A stretch of DNA of 64,000 bases from the human T2T-CHM13v2.0 reference genome, Homo sapiens. The DNA lies in assembly GCF_009914755.1 (NCBI RefSeq), contig NC_060939.1. One strand, 5' to 3'. Of the stretch, positions 48,976 to 59,609 are shown one piece after another. The stretch's first letter is position 1. The number at the start of each line of letters is the position of its first letter. Below the pieces are notes generated by a model. It saw only the letters and a list, made by a program, of their open reading frames with translations. It was not told the DNA's origin and ran no database searches. Made by a program: the position numbers and the translations under genes.

Positions 48976-51900
48976 AATTCAGAAACAAATCCTATCACTA
49001 TACCGACTCACTACTACAGAGGGAAAATGAAAGGAATCTATTTTCAAGGCAGAAAGCACCTTTGGCAAGTTTCAATCACAGCTCGGCACTGTATTCTAAC
49101 CTGTCAGGGCACCGTGGATCTCAGACGGGCACATCTATTGGAGGTGATGCCAGAAGAGGCTTCTTGGGCTCGGGATATTCTTCCTCGGCCACTACCCAGC
49201 AGGAAAACTCATACGGAAAAGCCGTCAGCAGTCAAACCAACGTCAGAACTTTCTCTCCAACCTATGGCCTTTTAAGAAATACTGAGGCTCAAGTGAAAAC
49301 ATTCCCTGACAGACCAAAAGCCGGAGATACAAGGGAGGTCCCCGTTTACATAGGTGAAGATTCCACAATTGCCCGCGAGTCGTACCGGGATCGCCGAGAC
49401 AAGGTGGCAGCAGGTGCTTCGGAAAGCACACGGTCAAATGAGAGGACCGTCATTCTGGGAAAGAAAACAGAAGTGAAAGCCACGAGGGAGCAAGAAAGAA
49501 ACAGACCAGAAACCATCCGAACAAAGCCAGAAGAGAAAATGTTCGATTCTAAAGAGAAGGCTTCCGAGGAGAGAAACCTAAGATGGGAAGAATTGACAAA
49601 GTTAGATAAGGAAGCGAGACAGAGAGAAAGCCAGCAGATGAAGGAGAAGGCTAAGGAGAAGGACTCACTGAAGGAGAAGAGCGTGCGAGAGAGAGAGGTG
49701 CCGATTAGTCTAGAAGTATCCCAGGACAGAAGAGCAGAGGTGTCCCCGAAAGGTTTGCAGACGCCTGTGAAGGATGCTGGTGGTGGGACCGGTAGAGAGG
49801 CAGCAGCAAGAGAGCTACGGTTCAGGTTGGGCACCAGTGATGCCACTGGTTCTCTGCAAGGCGATTCCATGACAGAAACCGTAGCAGAAAACATCGTTAC
49901 CAGTATCCTGAAGCAGTTCACCCAGTCTCCAGAGACAGAAGCATCTGCTGATTCTTTTCCAGACACAAAAGTCACTTACGTGGACAGGAAAGAGCTTCCT
50001 GGGGAAAGGAAAACAAAGACTGAAATAGTTGTGGAGTCTAAACTGACTGAGGATGTTGATGTTTCCGATGAAGCTGGCCTGGACTACCTTTTAAGCAAGG
50101 ATATTAAGGAAGTGGGGCTGAAAGGCAAGTCAGCCGAGCAGATGATAGGAGACATCATCAACCTCGGCCTGAAAGGGAGGGAGGGGAGAGCAAAGGTCGT
50201 CAACGTGGAGATCGTGGAGGAGCCCGTGAGTTATGTCAGCGGGGAGAAGCCGGAGGAGTTTTCCGTCCCATTCAAAGTGGAGGAGGTCGAAGATGTGTCG
50301 CCAGGCCCCTGGGGGTTGGTTAAGGAGGAGGAAGGTTATGGAGAAAGCGATGTCACATTCTCAGTTAATCAGCATCGAAGGACCAAGCAGCCCCAGGAGA
50401 ACACGACTCACGTGGAAGAAGTGACAGAGGCAGGTGATTCAGAGGGCGAGCAGAGTTATTTTGTGTCCACTCCAGATGAACACCCCGGGGGGCACGACAG
50501 AGATGACGGCTCGGTGTACGGGCAGATCCACATCGAGGAGGAATCCACCATCAGGTACTCTTGGCAGGATGAAATCGTGCAGGGGACTCGAAGGAGGACA
50601 CAGAAGGACGGTGCAGTGGGCGAGAAGGTTGTGAAGCCCTTGGATGTCCCAGCGCCCTCTCTGGAGGGGGACCTGGGTTCCACTCACTGGAAAGAACAAG
50701 CTAGAAGCGGTGAATTTCATGCCGAACCCACAGTCATTGAAAAAGAAATTAAAATACCCCACGAATTCCACACCTCCATGAAGGGCATCTCCTCCAAGGA
50801 GCCCCGGCAGCAGCTGGTGGAGGTCATCGGGCAGCTGGAGGAAACCCTTCCCGAGCGCATGAGGGAGGAGCTGTCCGCCCTCACCAGAGAGGGGCGGGGT
50901 GGGCCGGGGAGCGTTTCCGTGGATGTCAAGAAGGTCCAGGGTGCTGGTGGCAGTTCCGTGACCCTGGTTGCTGAAGTCAACGTCTCACAAACTGTGGATG
51001 CCGATCGGTTAGACCTGGAGGAGCTGAGCAAAGATGAGGCCAGTGAGATGGAGAAGGCTGTGGAGTCGGTGGTTCGGGAGAGCCTGAGCAGGCAACGCAG
51101 CCCAGCGCCTGGCAGCCCAGATGAGGAAGGTGGAGCGGAGGCCCCGGCTGCTGGCATTCGCTTCAGGCGTTGGGCCACCCGGGAGCTGTACATCCCTTTA
51201 GGCGAGAGCGAGGTTGCTGGTGGGGCCTCTCACAGCTCGGGACAGCGCACTCCCCAGGGCCCAGTGTCGGCCACTGTGGAGGTCAGCAGCCCCACAGGCT
51301 TTGCCCAGTCACAGGTGCTGGAGGATGTGAGCCAGGCTGCAAGGCACATAAAACTCGGCCCCTCTGAAGTCTGGAGGACTGAGCGAATGTCATATGAAGG
51401 ACCCACTGCAGAAGTGGTGGAGGTAAGTGCGGGAGGTGACCTAAGTCAGGCAGCGAGCCCGACCGGAGCCAGCCGGTCTGTGAGGCATGTCACGCTGGGT
51501 CCCGGTCAAAGTCCACTGTCCAGAGAAGTCATCTTCCTAGGCCCTGCCCCTGCCTGTCCAGAGGCATGGGGCTCGCCAGAACCTGGCCCAGCAGAGTCTT
51601 CTGCAGATATGGACGGATCAGGGAGGCACAGCACATTTGGCTGCAGACAATTTCATGCTGAAAAGGAGATTATTTTTCAGGGCCCCATTTCTGCTGCAGG
51701 GAAGGTTGGTGATTATTTTGCAACAGAAGAGTCAGTGGGTACCCAGACTTCTGTCAGGCAACTCCAGTTAGGCCCTAAAGAAGGGTTCAGTGGGCAAATC
51801 CAGTTCACAGCTCCACTTTCAGACAAGGTGGAGTTGGGTGTCATAGGAAATTCTGTACACATGGAAGGGTTGCCAGGGAGCAGCACATCCATCAGGCACA

Positions 51901-52667
51901 TCAGCATTGGGCCTCAGAGGCATCAGACCACCCAGCAGATAGTTTACCATGGGCTGGTTCCCCAACTGGGGGAATCTGGTGACTCAGAGAGCACTGTGCA
52001 CGCAGAGGGCTCAGCAGATGTGCACCAGGCCACTCACAGTCATACCTCGGGTAGACAAACCGTTATGACTGAAAAGAGCACCTTCCAAAGTGTCGTTTCT
52101 GAATCTCCCCAGGAGGATAGTGCAGAGGACACATCAGGGGCAGAAATGACATCGGGTGTTAGCAGATCCTTTAGGCACATTCGACTAGGTCCTACAGAAA
52201 CGGAAACCTCTGAACACATTGCCATCCGTGGACCCGTGTCCAGAACATTTGTGCTTGCTGGTTCAGCGGACTCCCCTGAGCTAGGCAAGTTAGCAGACAG
52301 CAGCAGAACGCTAAGGCACATTGCACCAGGGCCCAAAGAAACTTCGTTTACCTTTCAGATGGATGTGAGTAACGTAGAGGCGATCCGCAGCCGGACACAG
52401 GAAGCGGGAGCTCTCGGTGTGTCTGACCGTGGTTCCTGGAGAGACGCGGACAGTAGGAATGACCAGGCAGTTGGTGTGAGCTTTAAGGCCTCTGCTGGGG
52501 AAGGAGACCAGGCCCACAGAGAACAGGGCAAGGAGCAGGCCATGTTTGATAAGAAGGTGCAGCTCCAGAGAATGGTAGACCAAAGGTCGGTGATTTCAGA
52601 TGAAAAGAAAGTTGCCCTCCTCTATCTAGACAATGAGGAGGAGGAGAATGATGGGCATTGGTTTTAA
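48976..52667 (+). CDS. SYNM: Synemin coding exon 4 (long C-terminal tail, alpha/H isoform), ends ...NDGHWF*
   Basis: Acceptor tttctacag|AA; lies within the 1237-aa ORF 48954..52667; the exon sum 810+125+71+3692=4698 nt gives 1565 aa + stop, the known alpha-synemin length. Confidence 0.98.
51423..52358 (+). other. SYNM: Alternative in-frame intron (exitron) inside exon 4; removal gives beta/M-synemin (1253 aa)
   Basis: Perfect donor GAG|GTAAGT at 51423; acceptor tttacctttcag|ATG ending at 52358; 936 nt = 312 codons, phase 0, matching the known 312-aa alpha/beta difference. Confidence 0.93.
52359..52372 (+). CDS. SYNM: Alternative-frame terminus of L-synemin (exon 3 spliced to the 52359 acceptor: ...S-D-G-C-E*)
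   Basis: Exon 3 ends phase 1 (G) + AT GGA TGT GAG TAA, giving 339 aa, consistent with the known short L isoform. Confidence 0.8.
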
Positions 52668-55220
52668 TAAGCAGAAACATTTTGTTTTAATGGCAGCCTG
52701 TTGGCGACGTGCCAACATCCAAAGGCCTTAACTTATTTTAAGAGGCCGAGGGAGTCTATGAAAATCTCCCCTTTTTTACTTTTTTAAAGAGTACTCCCGG
52801 CATGGTCAATTTCCTTTATAGTTAATCCGTAAAGGTTTCCAGTTAATTCATGCCTTAAAAGGCACTGCAATTTTATTTTTGAGTTGGGACTTTTACAAAA
52901 CACTTTTTTCCCTGGAGTCTTCTCTCCACTTCTGGAGATGAATTTCTATGTTTTGCACCTGGTCACAGACATGGCTTGCATCTGTTTGAAACTACAATTA
53001 ATTATAGATGTCAAAACATTAACCAGATTAAAGTAATATATTTAAGAGTAAATTTTGCTTGCATGTGCTAATATGAAATAACAGACTAACATTTTAGGGG
53101 AAAAATAAATACAATTTAGACTCTAAAAAGTCTTTTCAAAAAGAAATGGGAAATAGGCAGACTGTTTATGTTAAAAAAATTCTTGCTAAATGATTTCATC
53201 TTTAGGAAAAAATTACTTGCCATATAGAGCTAAATTCATCTTAAGACTTGAATGAATTGCTTTCTATGTACAGAACTTTAAACAATATAGTATTTATGGC
53301 GAGGACAGCTGTAGTCTGTTGTGATATTTCACATTCTATTTGCACAGGTTCCCTGGCACTGGTAGGGTAGATGATTATTGGGAATCGCTTACAGTACCAT
53401 TTCATTTTTTGGCACTAGGTCATTAAGTAGCACACAGTCTGAATGCCCTTTTCTGTTATAGCCTAAGTTCTGGAGTGGCCAGTTCCTATCAGACTGTGCA
53501 GACTTGCGCTTCTCTGCACCTTATCCCTTAGCACCCAAACATTTAATTTCACTGGTGGGAGGTAGACCTTGAAGACAATGAAGAGAATGCCGATACTCAG
53601 ACTGCAGCTGGACCGGCAAGCTGGCTGTGTACAGGAAAATTGGAAGCACACAGTGGACTGTGCCTCCTAAAGATGCCTTTCCCAACCCTCCATTCATGGG
53701 ATGCAGGTCTTTCTGAGCTCAAGGGTGAAAGATGAATACAATAACAACCATGAACCCACCTCACGGAAGCTTTTTTTGCACTTTGAACAGAAGTCATTGC
53801 AGTTGGGGTGTTTTGTCCAGGGAAACAGTTTATTAAATAGAAGGATGTTTTGGGGAAGGAACTGGATATCTCTCCTGCAGCCCAGCACAGAGATACCCAG
53901 GACGGGCCTGGGGGGCGAGAAAGGCCCCCATGCTCATGGGCCGCGGAGTGTGGACCTGTAGATAGGCACCACCGAGTTTAAGATACTGGGATGAGCATGC
54001 TTCATTGGATTCATTTTATTTTACACGTCAGTATTGTTTTAAAGTTTCTGTCTGTAAAGTGTAGCATCATATATAAAAAGAGTTTCGCTAGCAGCGCATT
54101 TTTTTTAGTTCAGGCTAGCTTCTTTCACATAATGCTGTCTCAGCTGTATTTCCAGTAACACAGCATCATCGCACTGACTGTGGCGCACTGGGGAATAACA
54201 GTCTGAGCTAGCACCACCCTCAGCCAGGCTACAACGACAGCACTGGAGGGTCTTCCCTCTCAGATTCACCTGGAGGCCCTCAGACCCCCAGGGTGCACGT
54301 CTCCCCAGGTCCTGGGAGTGGCTACCGCAGGTAGTTTCTGGAGAGCACGTTTTCTTCATTGATAAGTGGAGGAGAAATGCAGCACAGCTTTCAAGATACT
54401 ATTTTAAAAACACCATGAATCAGACAGGGAAAGAAAGTTGATTGGAATGGCAAGTTTAAACCTTTGTTGTCCATCTGCCAAATGAACTAGTGATTGTCAG
54501 ACTGGTATGGAGGTGACTGCTTTGTAAGGTTTTGTCGTTTCTAATACAGACAGAGATGTGCTGATTTTGTTTTAGCTGTAACAGGTAATGGTTTTTGGAT
54601 AGATGATTGACTGGTGAGAATTTGGTCAAGGTGACAGCCTCCTGTCTGATGACAGGACAGACTGGTGGTGAGGAGTCTAAGTGGGCTCAGTTTGATGTCA
54701 GTGTCTGGGCTCATGACTTGTAAATGGAAGCTGATGTGAACAGGTAATTAATATTATGACCCACTTCTATTTACTTTGGGAAATATCTTGGATCTTAATT
54801 ATCATCTGCAAGTTTCAAGAAGTATTCTGCCAAAAGTATTTACAAGTATGGACTCATGAGCTATTGTTGGTTGCTAAATGTGAATCACGCGGGAGTGAGT
54901 GTGCCCTTCACACTGTGACATTGTGACATTGTGACAAGCTCCATGTCCTTTAAAATCAGTCACTCTGCACACAAGAGAAATCAACTTCGTGGTTGGATGG
55001 GGCCGGAACACAACCAGTCTTTTTGTATTTATTGTTACTGAGACAAAACAGTACTCACTGAGTGTTTTTCAGTTTCCTACTGGTGGTTTTGATATTGTTT
55101 GTTTAAGATGTATATTTAGAATGACATCATCTAAGAAGCTGATTTTGCTAAACTCCTGTTCCCTACAATGGGAAATGTCACAAGAATGTGCAAAAATAAA
55201 AATCTGAGGAAAAAACCCAC
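52668..55220 (+). other. SYNM: SYNM 3' UTR (~2.5 kb)
   Basis: Follows the TAA stop; no obvious interspersed repeats; AATAAA at 55195-55200 (also a proximal AATAAA at 53104-53109); exact cleavage site inferred. Confidence 0.8.
55195..55200 (+). terminator. SYNM: Probable main SYNM polyadenylation signal
   Basis: AATAAA preceded by U-rich/UGUA elements and followed by GU/U-rich sequence. Confidence 0.7.
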
Positions 55221-55519
55221 ATTGTTCCTAAAGAGAATGAATATTTTCAGTAGATTTTGATGTTTCCTTTAAACTCTAAGTAAAGAATCTGTGTGTTTAC
55301 ATGCATGTTTTTAGGGTAGCAGAGAATTACTGGGCAGAATATATATGAAAAGTTCCAGTTCTCTAATTCCTCACCTGAATCGGAACTCAATATTGGGAGC
55401 ACAGAGCTAGAAAGCCTGGCAGACAGAGCATAAGCCAATTGGCTTGTAATCAAATATACACTGGACAATTTGTGGTAAAAATGTCATCATCACAGCCTGA
55501 ATGACTAGTGGCAGTAGGA

Positions 55520-55625
55520 CACCACCAACCATCCCATTTGGGATGGAGAGGTTTCTTGGGATGTGGTACTTTGAGTGCTAAAACCAGGACTGTCCTGGGC
55601 ATACCAGGACAGTTGGTTACCTTAT
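55520..55625. mobile_element. MER94-like (hAT-Blackjack) MITE remnant
   Basis: aaaaccaggactgtcctgggcataccaggacagttggttacctt terminus. Confidence 0.55.
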
Positions 55626-55949
55626 AAGTGCAAATTGGAGGGTTAACCCTAAGGCATGGCCATTTCTTAGGGGCTTGAAAAAACTGAGGTAGTTTGAGAC
55701 AAAGGAATAGCTAGATATCTTTACCCGTTTGTAACCTTGTAGCCCTTTACCAAAAATAGAAAAACACAAGTAGCTATAGTCTTCCTCTCGTTGAAGTCAA
55801 CAGAATTAACAGATGGGAGACATTGGAGGGAACATTCCTAAATTCATTGCTTCCTGGGGTGGGGTGGGGTGGGGGCGCTAAATTTTAAAAATGTGTTTTA
55901 GTTTTTGTGATTCCAAGCTACGCTTCAAGAAGTACAGAAAGGAAGAAGT

Positions 55950-57638
55950 AACATCAGAATTCACATTTATTTCAAAAACTCGGCATGGACTCTCAGTTCA
56001 GGCTGCTGTAACAGAAAGCCGTAGCCTGAAAGGCTTAAACAACAAACATTTATTTCTTACAGTTCTGGAAGCTGGGAAGTCTCAAGGTGCCAACAGTTTC
56101 ATTTCCTGGTGAGGGCTCTCTTCCGGGCCTGCAGACGGCTGTCTTCTCACTGTGTCCTCACATGGTGGAGAGAGAGATCATCTCTCTGGTGTCTCTCCTT
56201 ATAAAGCACTAATCCCATTCATCAGGGCTCCACCCTCATAACCTAATCACCTCTCCAAGACCCCACCCCCAATACCATCCCTTTGGGGATTAGGGCTTCA
56301 ACGTGAATTGGGAGCATATGAACATTCACCCCTTAGCTGACTCCACCCATGTCAACTAGATAGGACACACGGTGAGTAGTGACCACATCTTACACGTTTT
56401 TAGCACACTGCTGATGTCCGACAGGCCTGGGTCTGGGACCAGTGTGTACCAGCAAGCATGGTCTGTGGGGTCAGCTGTCACGCTCCTGAGGAAGACAATG
56501 GTCCCTGCTTCTCTCCACCCTGTCGTGGCTCTACTGAGTTTATTTTCCCCATCAATACTGGAGGTGGTGCCCTGCACAAATGGCCCCAGGGTGGTTTTGA
56601 TGTCCCACTGGGGGCTGGAGGGGAGGGCCCTGTGCTGCAATCTGCTGTCATAGCACCAGCCTGCAGCCTCATGGCCACAGTCTGTGGGACCAGGGGAGGG
56701 AGGGGAAGGGACATCACTGCCCACACCTGCACCCCTACCACTGGGTGTTCCATCCACCTCGATCTGGCACTGGATCTCCTTGTTGACATCGTGGAGGAAG
56801 GCACTCAAAGCTTCCTGTTCGACTTTGCCATCCTCACACGACTGTGGCCTCCTTCCAGGGGGCTGAAGACTGCTGTGTACACGATAGTGTGCCAACTCAG
56901 GAAGCAGCTCCAGGTGGCATCCAGGTTTGTCCTGCCTGCAGTGGAGGCCACAGGAGGGATGCGAAGCAGCAGGGAGTCTGCGGTCTTCCCCCCGCAGCCT
57001 CCGGCTAGCCTTTCTTTTCACTCCCTTACACCTGCCTCCTGGGCCCCAGGCCAAGTCAGGTGTGTCGGCCTCCTGCCCCTCCTACTGGGCTCTTTCTCAA
57101 ACCCCTTTTCAGGCTCCGAAGAACTCTGAGGCAGGCTGCACTTTGAAAACACATGCTGACAGCAGCGTGTTCAGGTTTCCCTTTATTAGCGTTTTCTTCT
57201 CATGTTATTCTCAATCCCTATTAGCCTCCTATAAGAAAGGACTTCCTGAAGTTCACTGTCCAGATCTAACTCCACACCTATGCAAGGAGCTGTGTGTACA
57301 AGCAGATGCCGGGCTGACTCCTGCACAGGGCGCACTGAACTGTTGAAGAGAAGTTTTTCAGCCACAGTAGTGCTGATGGGTAAAAATTCTTGTTGGCAAG
57401 AAAAACCACTTAGGTGATAGAAAACTGCTTTATAGCATATATCACCCTGAAGGGCATCCACTGTCAAAATGTGGCCCACGGGAGGCTTATGGTCTCACTG
57501 TTGCATGTTGGGGCCAACAGTTGGCCTTGGAAATCTGTATCCTGACTGTTGAATTCCATTTTCTAGGCAGAGGTGATTTGTACAGCACCCTAAATGACAG
57601 TGCCCAGGAATGTCCTAGGCTTTTTCAGGGTGGGGGCC
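55950..57638 (-). other. TTC23: TTC23 3' UTR with candidate poly(A) signals
   Basis: Minus-strand AATAAA (plus TTTATT) at 57182-57187, 56049-56054 and 55966-55971. Confidence 0.65.
55988..56337 (-). mobile_element. MaLR MLT1A-type solo LTR in the TTC23 3' UTR
   Basis: ggcttaaacaacaaacatttatttcttacagttctgga, cactaatcccattcatcagggctccaccctcat, aacattca motifs. Confidence 0.8.
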
Positions 57639-57756
57639 TCAGTCTGCTGTTGTGCCGGGCCGGGCCTTCCCCAGCAGGGTGTCCTGAGGGATGCTGGTGC
57701 AGAAGGCCACTTTGGCTTTTGATGCCTGCCTTGGCTTCGAAGCAACCTTGGGGGCC
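57639..57756 (-). CDS. TTC23: TTC23 last coding exon (APKVASKPRQASKAKVAFCTSIPQDTLLGKARPGTTAD*)
   Basis: Minus-strand acceptor ttgtctgcag|G, phase 2 compatible with the upstream exon (AC+G=Thr); TGA at 57641-57639. Confidence 0.88.
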
Positions 57757-57939
57757 CTGCAGACAAGCAGAGGGTGGGGTGAGTGTGGTGCCCCTCAGCC
57801 CCCCACACCGTTCCCATCCAGCCTTTGCTGCCCAGCAGGTGCCCAGACCCATTTATGAGAAGACTTGGTAGGGGCTATAAATGAGAGGAGAATTGTAGCA
57901 CAGAGCATAAAACATGAGATGTTTTCCTCCCATCTTTTA

Positions 57940-58241
57940 TTTTTTTAATTTTTTTTTTTTCAGACAGAGTCTCACTCTGTCACCCAGGCTGGAGTGCAGT
58001 GGCCCCATCTCGGCTCCCTGCAACTTCCGCCTCCCAGGTTCAAGCAACTCTCATGCCTCAGTCTCCCGAGTAGCCAGGATTACAGGCACATGCCACCACG
58101 CCCAGCTAATTTTTGTATTTTTAGTAGAGACGAAGTTTTGCCATGTTGGCCAGTCTGGTCTCAAACTCCTGGCCTCAAGTGATCCACCGCCTCGGCCTCC
58201 CAAGGTGCTGGGATTATAGGCATGAGTCACCTCGCCTGGCC
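57940..58241 (-). mobile_element. Alu in the last TTC23 intron
   Basis: Reverse Alu; TSD cctcccatctttta. Confidence 0.9.
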
Positions 58242-58941
58242 CCTCCCATCTTTTAAAATCACCTGTGACCATCCTCACTGAGCTGAGGCCCTCAACCCTT
58301 AGCTGGCTTGGTGAGCAGGACATGGGTGAGGAGGATGGTCAGGGTTGCACTGGAGGCCTCCCTGGCTCGCCTTCCCTGCCCTCAAAGGGGATGGCGCCCT
58401 GCTGGCCAGGTTGTGTCTGCTCCGGGCTGTGGCCCTGTTTCCCTGAGCAGACTCAGGCAGCCCTGGGGCTGCTCTCTGCGGACCAGGCTCTGTGAGGTAG
58501 GCCCTCCACGGCAGAGCGCTGGGCCTCTGCTCGGGCTGAGAAAGGACGTAGGGGCCAGCCTTTAAGGTCAGTCAGTGAACCTTCCGGCTCCAGTCCTGAC
58601 GGGCATCCGAGGGCAGAGGGAAGCCGGAAGCAGGGCTGCAGGAGGCCACAGGGATTCCCGGGGCCCTCCCCCTGCAGCAGGTGCCTTAGCCTGCAGGGGC
58701 TGGTCTGCAGGAAGACAACATCCAGCATATATTTCTGACTTAAAGGATGAATTATTTTTAAATACCTGGGCAAGGAAGATCTTTTACAACTCGGGTTTCA
58801 AAGGAACTTGTCCTTTATGCAAGTTATGGGAAGTCAGCAAAACATTCCAGAGAAGGTTACACAGAACCTTCTAGAACCAGCTTTCTCTTGAGATTCTGAA
58901 TGGAAAGGGAATGAGAGAAAGTGTGAGGGACGCCAACTCAC

Positions 58942-59024
58942 GTGGACAGCATGCCCATGGCCTGCTGGGTGGCCAGAGTCCTTTTGTCCTGCGGTCCATA
59001 TAAGAGGGTCTGGATCTGGAGACA
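58942..59024 (-). CDS. TTC23: TTC23 penultimate coding exon (CLQIQTLLYGPQDKRTLATQQAMGMLS)
   Basis: Minus-strand acceptor ttctacag|TGT, donor AC|gtgagt; 83 nt, ends phase 2; peptide recognised as the TTC23 C-terminal region; TTC23 is the known convergent neighbour of SYNM. Confidence 0.88.
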
Positions 59025-59609
59025 CTGTAGAACACCAAGCAGCTATCATGAGGCTATGGAAGTGTCGCTGAGAGAAGGAAACTAAGGTCTCCCTTGAATG
59101 AGAGAAAGATGACCTCATTCTTAGGCCCTGCTGTGATGGAATTAGCATGCTCCTGGGATGTCTCCTAGTGACTGACCTTTGGTTTGGATGTTCTGAGGGA
59201 TCTAGGCAAAAGTGAACAGTTTTAGCACTATTTCACAAAACTCTCTGTGGCTATCTGTATGCAAAAAATAGATTTAAAAGTAGTATTTTTAAAAATAAAG
59301 GCAAGAACCTTGGTACTGACCAGAGGATGGGCTCCAGTTTCTATTTTTAAATGTGGCCCTTGTTATAGCCTGGAAAAGATTTAAAAAAATAGTTTTGTTT
59401 TTTTTGTAAACACATACTCTACTTTTATTAATATATAGGCTGTCTATACTCTTGACTACACAGCAATGTCTTAGTTATTAGGAACCAAATATTCAGCTTA
59501 TGGACTACCCAGGGCTGGCTTTGGCTTGATTTCTCCCTTCTGCTTACTTTAAGTCTTGCCATTTGATTGCTTGTAGTAGGCTAGGGCAAATCAAGGAGAG
59601 GAGAAAGAT

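Noticed and set aside
49346-52680. Minus-strand ORFs (e.g. 209 aa, 158 aa) over exon 4
   Set aside because: Antisense shadows of the synemin CDS with no independent coding signal
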